From the NCBI GenBank assembly GCA_002633005.1, contig NMRA01000624.1, positions 111,109 through 175,108 of the forward strand: 64,000 nucleotides of DNA, written 5' to 3'. This stretch comes from Phoronis australis (lineage: Eukaryota; Animalia; Phoronida). The translations under genes were made by a program, and so were the position numbers. The stretch's first letter is position 1, and each line of letters begins with the position of its first letter. This document shows positions 53,701-64,000 of the stretch, piece by piece. Under the pieces are notes generated by a model. The model saw only the letters and a program-made list of their open reading frames with translations. It ran no database searches and was not told the origin of the DNA.

Positions 53701-55410
53701 GCTTAGGAAAGGAAACGCGGTAGTGAAGAATAAAAAGTACGCTGTTAATAGCAAGTATGAGGCCTTGAAACCTCTCCGTGTCTGAATGCCGGCTTACCAA
53801 ACAAATTTCCATACGTTACGTTGTATGTGCATTTTCACGGCGCCTCTCTAGTATTTCTTGATCACTGTATTCTGCTTCGAACTGATAGCCTGTGAAAATT
53901 AACAATCCACATGTGAAGTCTTCGTCGGATGAAATCTGGTCTAGATGTCGAGATTCTATTGACAATCTGCGTTCTGTTTCAAAATAAAACATTCTTGCCC
54001 TAACCAATGCTTATATAAAACTGGTGCTTTAGATGCAATTTGTAATGGCTTTGGAGTATTTGTGAGTGCAAATGTTTTAAGAAGCCAGCAATGAATAAAC
54101 CGCTGCGTTACCGGCTTCAGATGCAATAAAGGTAATTGACAGGGCACCGAGGCTGTGTGAGCGCATGCTAATTCAGTGCTTGATGACGGAAACTGTTGTG
54201 AAACAATAACTCGATTCTCTATCCCACGGTCAGGTGTTAGGGGAACCTTTATTTACAAATACATTACTCAAATAATGATTGCCAATGTATAACTTCTGCC
54301 CTGACGGTTCTCTCGCCAAAGGAAAACCCTGAATTCGCGGACCGCGACGAGTAAGTAGATTTGCACTTTCGTGACTAATTCACCAACATAATCACGTGCA
54401 CATTACTTCTTTGGCTCACTAATATAGTATTTCCTTGAATGGATGTTTAGTTTCCAAATTTGGCTGGTTTATGTTCGGGTTCCGAACCACTGGCCGGGAT
54501 AACGAGTCAGTCCGGCCGCGATGGCCCTGATCGGGTTCCGAGTCACTTGCCGGGAAATGTATTTAGAACTCAAAAAGTCAAGCAGCACAGATCTACGTTC
54601 TCCTGTCTGTATTTCATGGAAGAATAGAGAACAGACCCCAAACTCAAGCTACGGACCTTTGTAAATTGATGACCTTCCGAAATTTGTAGACTCCGGTGCG
54701 TCCTAAAACCAATAAATGCGTAACAGTGCAACTAAACAACACGTTTTTATAAGATCTCGGTGTATTTTAAGGGTTTTACATCGAAAGTTGACGATTTATT
54801 GTTGTTGAACGATGAATTCAAGCGATAACCTGACACCAGTAACCTGTGTTGTGAACTGCTGAACAGACTGCGTGTGAAACCAATGACCTCATTGGATAAT
54901 TTTAACACCTCTGTTTGCCGTCAGGTGTCAGGTAACGCAACCGAACGTGCCGTTATCGAGTAGAATTACTTGATCTAAATTGATACAAAATAGGTTGTTT
55001 TTGGATGGCATGCTCCTTTAAAATCGCCTTCCCAAATAACAGAGAAATTTCGTATATCTTGAATATCTTTCATTCGTTCAAAAGAATCAGCGACTCCCTA
55101 TTTGGACTATAAGTGTTAATTAACGTTATTCTTGTCTCATTAGTAATAATATCCGAAATTAGTATAATGCCATTGTTGTCTTGAATAATGTTATGTAATT
55201 TATACTCAAAAATGCTCTTAAAAGGATCGGCACTCCACTGGAGTTTTGATCTAATATCGTTTTATTCTCTCTCAGTGAAGTGTGTGTGCTGCACGCAATA
55301 AATGGAGTACTGTTTTTCTTCTAAATAATTAAGAACATCTTTTCGTTTTTCACGGATATCCCAGTCCTCTGCAGTTCAGTGAGATTACTTTAAGTTCACC
55401 TGTCATCATT
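50730..55410 (-). mobile_element. Decayed L1/Tx1-clade LINE ORF2 (endonuclease-RT-C-terminal domain), interrupted by Kolobok copy B
   Basis: EN start LKVISLNCRGLG..YCVQHTH, with GDFN split at the TTAA. RT motifs GCRQGGPLSPYIFILCAEIL and SQYADDT (~51790). Downstream RWFQFRILH and NILILIAKQYIYKQR. Confidence 0.9.
53437..55017. mobile_element. Kolobok-type non-autonomous element, copy B, with THAP and accessory-gene relics
   Basis: TTAA at 53433-36 and 55018-21, with ends aggaaaatgccacc / gatggcatgctcct. Removing it restores the LINE GDFNLALD motif. The + strand has THAP-like PCIVHACPNY..SFFRL and the - strand has GYQFEAEYSDQE. Confidence 0.9.
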
Positions 55411-57499
55411 ATAACGCATATGCACATACATCAAATGACAATCAAATAATAGTGGTATAATCCTGACCCATTCACGCAACCTACACACAAAAGAAAACAA
55501 AATCAATACAAACACATCCACAAGTCCAACAAAGATTTCACAGAGTACAATATCAATGTGAAATTTGATGTAACACATAATAGAAAACACATGAAAACTG
55601 ATCCTCATGGTAAGGCTCATTTTCCCAGTATTTGTGATAAAGAGACTATAACTAAAACATTTAGAAACACTGTCCATGCGGTTCTCATACATAAAAAAGT
55701 AGAACGAAATTTAAGCATAACTACACTTCAATAAAGTGACTCGGCTTTTTTGTATGCGTCTGGGACTTGTCGGGAGATCTGCACTGAGCAGATCACACAC
55801 ATAAATAATAAGGTTGCCTGCACTCCTTGCCTACACGCAATAAAGAGCCCTCTCATAAGTAGCCCCCCAGATAGATTGCCCAGCGTGAAGCTATGACGCT
55901 TAGACCAAAATAGAACAAAATAGAACACAGCTAGAGCAATAAAACTAAGCGAAACGGTTGTCAAGAACTTTGACATAACCTCTGAATAATTTGCTTTGAA
56001 GACAATGTGTTTTTCACAACGGCTAAAACTATGTTATAACTTGAAGGAAAATAGGCTAATTATATACACAGTAATGGCTACCGAAAGTACGGGAAGTGCG
56101 TTTTGTACTGAGGTCTCCCAATACGGTCCCAAACAACCTGACAATTATGGTACGCTACACTGAATTCAAGACGTTAGAAACTATTGCACTATTGTACTAT
56201 GTTCTGGCTTGCTTGTATAATGTTGAGCTGACAGAGAGTCAGATGCCTAGCAAATCTCCCATGCTGCTCACCGGTTTGATTTCATTGGTTCTTGTAATAA
56301 ATTCTCCCATCATATGTTCAGAAACTGTGAATCCTAGAGCCCAGATCTCTACAATCCTTGTACAATTGTGCTCGTTTTTTGACAGATTCTCATTTACGTA
56401 AATCTTGCATCATTCGGAAGATTACTTTATTCATGCATACAAACCACAACATGATGTGTACAAACAAAAAGTCATGCACAAGAACTAACAAATCAAGCAT
56501 ATTAACAAAATGAGGCATACATGAAAGAACATACATTTAATGTTGCTATTTTTACTTAGTGCTGGGATCGATGGGAAAATAATGATTACGACCACCACTA
56601 GAGGATGTTTATTAGTGTGATTTTTTACCACACACCTGATTTTTGTTTTTATATGTGCTTCTTTGGTTTACATGTACTGTATGACTTTTTGTTTCATACA
56701 TTTGATATGGTTTGTACCTGCAATTCAAGTGTCACTACGAATGAGGAAGTGATTCGTATTGATGATTTAAAATTTGTACGTTTGATTGCCTTGTTCGCCC
56801 TTAACTGGGGTATTTCAATCGGATGATATAACCTAGGTCTTACTTTGCAATTTAGAAGCACATATTAGTCAGAGTTATAGTCAAATGACTATAAAATTTA
56901 AGAGTCTCGACACCCCATATTCCGAAAAAACTGTCAGCAACTAATTCAGTAATGAAGTGTACAAGTATTCACCCTGAATAACACATTTATACCAGAGTAA
57001 TAATGTCAGTGAATACAAACCAATAGGTGTTGGTGGGACTAGTTTTGAGGTCACAGGCTTCTCAACAACAAGCACAGTCATACATAGTATCCTGTAAAAA
57101 TAACACCACAAAAATTTGTTTTAATGTTGCTTTTCAACATGTTTTATTGATAATGCGCAGCGAGTAAGTCCAGTGTCAGTTCAGTTACACAAGTTACAAT
57201 TATCGCACAAGAAATCATGAGCTACTTAGGTAGAGATCAGTAATATTTCAAACAATGGCAAGGTGGAATGATTGGATTTAAATTGGTGACACTCACTAAA
57301 ATTGAGTTTCAACTACGACAAAATTCCATCTCATATATTGTCGTAGCCACAATTACGGACCTGAGGTCTTGGATATTTAAAGGAGTTTTTCTCAGTTTTT
57401 ACAACAACGCAGACATATTTGTGTTCTTTGGTGAATGGTATTCTAGATGCGTGGCTGGGTTTATTAACTTCTCAGCTCTTTAAATCTGGCACACAATGT

Positions 57500-57568
57500 C
57501 AAAATATTAAAAAAAAACTAAAATGATACAAACATTTTATTCGGTCTCACAAATTCGTGGACACCCCG
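57500..57568. mobile_element. Tc1/mariner-like terminus (single end)
   Basis: ...gtggacaccccg|TA; the reverse complement TA|CGGGGTGTCCAC resembles mariner-type TIR starts. The partner end was not found. Confidence 0.35.
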
Positions 57569-59364
57569 TACTAGTAGGTGAAGATATGTCGACTACACAC
57601 ATCCATTAAAAAAATTATTTCTACAGTAGAATACCTGGGAACAAACTGGGAAGATGCAGTTGTTGCAGATACAGCTTTTGGTTCAGACCCCCTGGACAGT
57701 TCTCTGGACATTGTTACCACTTCAAAACTACATGTACATTGCAAACATTAAATTACAGTAAGCTTATTAACCATGGGTAAACATGTCAAAGCATAAAGGT
57801 GGTACAATTAACCATGGTGATAATAACTAAACGATATGAATCACCGTCACAAACATTGTGAGTGCAATTCATAAGTTGTTTTTGCTGTGGATTGGAATTT
57901 GTAACCAAAAAAATTCATCAATTGATGTATTTGGAAATTTAAAAATCGATCAACAAACATTTGTGCTTTAACTTTGTAAACCCTTACAGGGCAACGGAAC
58001 TGTGATTGCTTAGACTAGATACCACATGTGCAACGTACATGGTGTATCAGATAAAGCACAAGCATAATATTGTGGTTTCAATTTCATCAATGACATTTTG
58101 GAAGTGGATTTTCAAATTTTGCACAATTTCTTTCATGAAGGTAGGCTCTTGATCTCTCATATTATAATACGACTTTACGTCAAAATACATGAACAAATGT
58201 CTGCAGTGATATAAGGTGAAAAAGGCAAACAAGGCTTCCAGTCCATAAGACTTGACTTTACTTACTTTGTAAGTGCTCAATGTACCCTAAGTGTAAAATT
58301 CACGGTTTGCCAGTACAATAGAACCACCGATTGAACTGAGCCACCACAGCAGGCCCGGACTGTCTTATAGGGGCAGCGGGAAGCACATCATGCCTCACAC
58401 AGACTATATCATCAAATAGATGGACACCTTAGGAGGTTGTATGGGAGATGCAACCCTGGCGGTCAAGTTTCAAGCGCTAGCGAACTCTGGTGGATCACCA
58501 GTGTAGTGCGTTACTGATTGGTTTACTCCGTCACAGAGGTCGACCTCAATGTGATTGCAAGATGTTTTATCAGTCATCCAATCAAAATCCAAATGGGTCA
58601 GATCCCAGAAATAGTCAGTTCATGACTTTGTTTACTTCTTTGAAGGACAGTTAGAAAAAAACTCTCACTGTCGGAGTATTTGTTCAAACTGGGAAGAGTT
58701 AGACATCAACGACCTTCTAGGTATCCCTCTATGCGCAAAAGCAACATGAATTTAATGGCCTTATCAGTGTGGCACAATTTGTCATAAGGCTTCTGGCATA
58801 CGGAGGGTCTATGGGACAACTACTGTCTCTACTGTTGGAGGTTGGGACGGTGGTACTATCTTCAAGTAACACGGATTCGAAATTTCTGTTAGCGTTTCAA
58901 GAAATCAACCCACAAGACGTCAATATAAGTAGTAATTTCGATGACTTTTGCAAAGAAAATACTGTAATGGAAACAAGCTTTCATATTATGAAAGATCTAG
59001 CAAAGTTTATTCAACTTCCTGAAGTTATGTTGTCGCATTTCCCCCAAAACAAATCAACGTTTGTGTTTTAGGGCGAAGGTTAGGTCACTAGCCAAATGAG
59101 GAGGATCTACATGTATAGCTACTGTGAATACAGACAATGAGACTGATAAATAGGTCACTTGCCAAATGAGGTGCATAAAGCTAGTAATGTCAACAGGCAA
59201 TGAAATTCGATGAATTTTTGTCAGAACTTAACTTTCAGACAAATAATTTTCGCAATGAATTCTCGGACCACTACTCCATGGGTTTAAGGTGATTTTAATG
59301 CCGGGGCCGCCATGTCGCAATAGCTACCCAGGTATATAATCAGGACAGAACAAACTACTATTCA

Positions 59365-59590
59365 CTAGTAGTAATACGCATCAAGCAGGCGTTTGGCCTG
59401 CTCGGAATTAGTGACCGATGGCTCACTTTTGAGAGATTCCCAGGGATAGTACTTAATGGCCAAAGCAATGCGCCAGCTTTTATTTACTTTCAGTTGCACG
59501 TCTTTCCTTCTTTTCTTGCTGTCTGAGTCGTTTAGTTTGGGCAAAGGTCCTGTTATCTTGCCCACCTTCTCCCTGTCAGCCATCTTGTCT
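59365..59590 (-). pseudogene. Relic resembling the N-terminal module of Kolobok-associated proteins
   Basis: GPLPKLNDSDSKKRRKDVQLKVNKSWRIAL...WESLK...TNSEQAKRLLDAY fits the remembered pattern 'basic stretch, TRVxIG, WxxLK, D/E-AxxLLDxY'. The element ends were not defined. Confidence 0.45.
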
Positions 59591-60250
59591 TGTCGTGCAC
59601 CTCTTTTATTTATACCTGCTGTTACTGAACGCAGCATCTTCCTCAGTGTCAATCGGTAATTAGTTCAGGTCAGGCATATGCGGGTCAAATCTCCAGTATT
59701 GGCCCAACCATGACAGGTCACAGTGGCAGGCACAAACCACATACATAGCACAGTTATGTTCAGGCAAAATAATCGCAAAAAACATGAAGAAGTGCCCACA
59801 CCACAATACGCTCAAGCCACAGCCGCTCAAGAACCCAGTTAGATGTTACCGAGTATATGTAATACAAAAAAAATCCATCACGGCACGACCGAGTTACAAA
59901 GCACAGTGGGTGGCAAGTTATTCACGCCACAGCATGCACTGTACCGTACTATCCTATATGTAAATCTTGTCACTGGGTCAATTGTTTGTCAAATTGACTG
60001 TTAGTGTATGCACGCATTTATCACAAGCGGGGGAGATTAGGTTACAGATTTACATGTGGTTACCATTAGAACATTTCTTCGGCAAAAACCCGTAAATTGT
60101 GTGATTTGTCCTCACACGGGAAAGTGAATGAGTCGATAGTAGAGGTTGCAAGAGGGTACTTTCGTTAGGGATAGCTTAAAACATATTTTCACGAGTTTTC
60201 GAGGTCCATGCCATTTTAACGCGCGCACCTCAGATGGGTGATTTTCAACA

Positions 60251-62461
60251 TAGTCAGGTTTGTTGTGTAATTTTGTTGGTATTTTGGGGGGAAAGTGGAA
60301 ACTATACATTTTTGGAAACCCTCCTGAATGACAAATCAGAAAATAATTGATTCCATTTTTGGCGGCCATCTTGGGGCCATGTTGGAATTTTCAAAAATGA
60401 CACCAGTAAAACGGATTTTGTCAAATATCTCCGGTTTTGGGTCATTTAGAATGTTGGTTTTTATAGCTACACCTGCATTTTTCAGGTCAAGGAATTATAA
60501 ATTTTATCTTTTTGGTCGCCATCTTGGCGGCCATTGGAATTTTAAGAATGGCGTCCGGAAAATATATTTACATCAGTATCTTTGCTCTTGGGTAACTTAA
60601 ACTGTTAGTTTTAATGGCTGCACCCATATTTTTAAGGTCAAGAAATCTGAAATGCAACTTATTAAATGAGAAACATAGTCAAAACCCATTTATTAGCAGC
60701 CACATTCTCTAAATGCATTCTTCATGTAATCCAACACATATCACTATCTTACTTTCTTGTATATTTTGTTCGGATCTTGTTTCCTTCAAGACGCTTAAAA
60801 CTAAACCAATACCTAAACAATTTATTTATTTACGTTAGAAGAACACGAAAGTATGTTTTTTGTAGTGTCAATAGTCTTTGAAATCAGTCTATAGATCATT
60901 ACTATAGCCATCACTGTCACTGGGAATCACATCATCATCACCATTCTGACATTCTGCACTATACTGACATAGATCTGTGTAAGATACATGTATGTCCTTT
61001 GGACGACAAGAGCATCTTTGAAAAGAATTATTTTTGCACTGGTATCTAACCATCTCAATGACAGCCTCCGTCCCCGGATATCCTGAGTTGTGAGGGTTTC
61101 AGTTGCTCATCTTTGTCCTTGTAAATTCATTCTGCAATGACTCAAGGAACTCCTGTCGAGCAATGACTGCCTGACCCCACACTCTGGCTTGAATAATCAC
61201 CCTCAGCACATGTATGTCGAAGTACCAATGGTTGGTGGACGTTTGTTGCTGTCAGCCATATGTTTACAGGAGAGGTACCATCTCAGCTCTGGGATGCTAT
61301 TTGTGTCTATAACCTGTGGTGAGTTTGCATGTATGTAAAAGGGGCTAATGTGAAAAGAGGTTCATTTGTTACTTCATAAGCAGTACAAAAAGTCTGCTAT
61401 GCATTGATATCATCGGTGTTTACCTTCAAATATATATTCAACTTACAGAATTGACCAGTGTTTTCTGTCCATATAAAAATATGGAAAGCAGGAAGAGCCG
61501 TTTCCCGGACAGCACCTAATATTGTCCATATTGGATTCACGTCCACAATCCCAGATGCCATGGGGACTGAAGTATTTCTGAGTAGCCTGTCATAATAGGC
61601 AATGACGAGGAACAAAAATCTATGTCAGGTGAAAAAAAATCAGCTGAGAATCAGGGACCTTTTGATGTGATGCCAGAACTGCAATATGTGCAGTGTATTA
61701 GCAATGCCTATGCTTTTTCGTGATCGTTTTCTTCTAAGCGTAGATCACCTCGGTTACTCTTTGTGCATCCTGAAGCTGAAGTAATGGCTATCTTGGCAGA
61801 GTCTTTATTATATTCAAGTGTCTTTGTAGACAGATATTCAGTAAGTTGAGCCTTTTCGTTCATGGGAGAGGAAACGGCTCAGTGCGATGTTCTTTATGTA
61901 AATCTCATTTCCTATCTGGTACTGTACTTGACCCTACATGTGTATCTCTGCCTCCTTTTTTCTCTTGTAACTTGTTTCAAAGAGTTGTCTCTGTGGGTGT
62001 CAAAAACCAGAATGTTGTCGTTATAGCCTTTAGTTAAGAAAATCACCTCCATACTATATACAAGTGCATTTTTTGGCTTGGGTGAACATACTTATTGGAT
62101 GTTGTTTACATGCTTTCTAGGTCTAAAACCTCTCTTGCAGCTTGAGGACTGTCCTTTTCTAAGACTTCTGCTTCGGAAAGTTTTTGCAGAAGGTGGATTC
62201 GAATTGATTTTTCAGTGCATGACAGCATTGCACCGCTGGCAGCAAAGATTGGTCTTAGTGTTTGGATGAATTCATAGTGGCCGATAGCATGTTTCTGGTC
62301 GATTTGCCCAGCAGGCTAAAACTCCTGTTGTTCTCATCATTGATCCTCAGCCTGGTTATTGCCAAACTTATCTGCCATCCGACTGTCAACGGCAAAATGC
62401 ATTTCCATTGAGTAGTTGAGAACTGGATTCCAGAGTGAACAGTGAAAATAATAACGAAATC

Positions 62462-62502
<41 letters not shown>

Positions 62503-63193
62503 TGTACGTATATAATCATGTATATAGACTTCTTTGTATTTTTTTACCCAGATCTAATGCCTCTTGGTGTTTTCTGGGTTATGTATATTCATTGTATTCT
62601 GAAGATTTCATAATAAACATTAAAAAAATATGTCTAAAATGTCTTTTCATAAAAAATACATATACACTGTAAATATAGGTTAATCTGCGTTTCTGTGATT
62701 CCTTTAAATATTCTGGGGTTCGTATCTGCTATTAAAATCTTTTAGATTTTTGCATCATTTTAGAAATAGTGTTTTTCAGTTGTTTAGCCCACAAAATGTG
62801 GTTGCAGCCATTAAAACTAACATTCTACTGTAAGTGACCCAAGAGCAGATATACTGAGCAAAATTGATTTTACGAGCGCCATTTCTGAAATTTCAAGATG
62901 GCCACCAAGATGGCCGCCAGTAAAATTTAAATTTCCTATTCATCAACCCCAGAACTGCAGGTGAAACCATAAAAAATATCATTCTCAGTGACCCAAGGGC
63001 GGATATGTTAGGCAAAATCCATTTTACCGGTGCCATTTTTGAAAAACCAAGATGGCAGCCACGATGGCCACCGAAAAATGGAATCAATTATTTTCTAATA
63101 CGTCATTCCATGAGCTTTCTAAAAATGTATAGTTTCCACTTTCCCTAAAAAATTCCAACGAATGTCAAACTTTGGACATAGTGAACCTGACTA
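60251..63193 (-). mobile_element. Internally deleted Academ-type transposon with long imperfect TIRs
   Basis: Ends tagtcaggtt / aacctgacta, with ~430-bp inverted arms (60251-60700 vs 62770-63193) rich in aagatggc(c/g)gcc. Flanks are aca / gca (imperfect 3-bp TSD). Minus-strand relics include ALPAFHIFIWTENTGQF. Confidence 0.75.
62466..62501. repeat. (AT)n microsatellite
   Basis: About 18 AT units. Confidence 0.97.
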
Positions 63194-63639
63194 GCATGCA
63201 ATTTTTCAATGACATCCAATGCATCTTAGAGAGTGAACAAAATGCGACCAGCTTAGAGTCATTTCACCTGAAAAGTCACAATTTCCTTCAGAAAGTCAGA
63301 AAGCACCATTTTCAAGAGCAGTTTGACAGAAATGGCACCATTGGGCAAACCGTGCGTGTCCTGCCTGTTTGCTAGAGTAAAGCGATCTCATATATGTAGG
63401 TCTACTTCCAAAAAATGTTTCAAGCTCATGGGCGCTTTAATTATGGTTTATTTTGCATTACTCATTTCTATGTATACATGTAGCTTCAAGGGCCTACTTT
63501 TGTATTCATAAATTTCTCTATGCGCCACCTAATTGGTCGCCTATATCTCCTTTGTTCAGTTCAACGTGATCTCTCTCATTCAGCCACCTACCTCGTCGTC
63601 TACAAGACCTACGTTCGTTCTCTGCATATTTCCCAACAC

Positions 63640-64000
63640 CGGTAAAAGTAAGCAAACTTAAACCTCTCCTTTCAGGTTATGACTCCCTATCGACTACGGA
63701 GCTTATCAGTGGTTTCTCTTTTGGTTTCAGACTCGGCGCCTCCCCGATCTGGCAATCCAATCCCCCCATCAACCACCCATCCGTAATCCTGAAGTTACCT
63801 TTCAGAAAATGCATACTGAGGTTCAGCTGGGTCGCTATGCTGTTCCCTTCGCATCCCCTCCATTCCCCCTATTCTCTTCGTCACCCTTTTCCCTCATCCC
63901 TAAATCTCACCCTATCAATTTTCGACTCATTCATAACTTGTCATATCCATCTCGTTACTCTAACTCACTTAACTCCCTCATACCCCTTCAGTTCTCCCTA
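63640..64000 (+). mobile_element. DIRS/Ngaro-type retrotransposon RT N-terminal fragment, decayed, running off the window
   Basis: Frameshifted peptides LISGFSFGFRLG, EVQLGRYAVPFASPPFP and SPFSLIPKSHPINFRLIHNLSYP..SLNSLIP match the usual start of tyrosine-recombinase retroelement RTs. Confidence 0.78.

Overview
AT-rich animal (invertebrate-like) genomic DNA with spliceosomal introns, one N gap and two single-N joins. There are no prokaryotic genes, rRNA or CRISPR arrays. The only recognisable host coding signal is a + strand array of four symmetric phase-1/phase-1 exons (8248-8388, 11414-11557, 20197-20337, 33615-33755), each encoding one six-cysteine ShKT (ShK toxin-like) domain plus a Ser/Thr tail. 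Each exon lies in a tandemly duplicated unit with homologous intron sequence, and the two youngest exons differ mostly by amino-acid-changing substitutions. The units are separated by layered transposons. These include a full-length but decayed ISL2EU-type element (THAP-HTH-DDE transposase plus SWIM-YqaJ gene, AT TSD) holding a nested 3.7-kb TIR element with a 7-bp TSD, TTAA Kolobok elements, Academ relics, Helentron-like elements, Penelope, an L1/Tx1 LINE, a DIRS/Ngaro fragment, a MITE and a tRNA-derived sequence. TACATGTA is strongly over-represented, and paralog comparisons show it arising as a CATGTA insertion at TA sites. All family calls come from motifs recognised by eye, and many boundaries are approximate.
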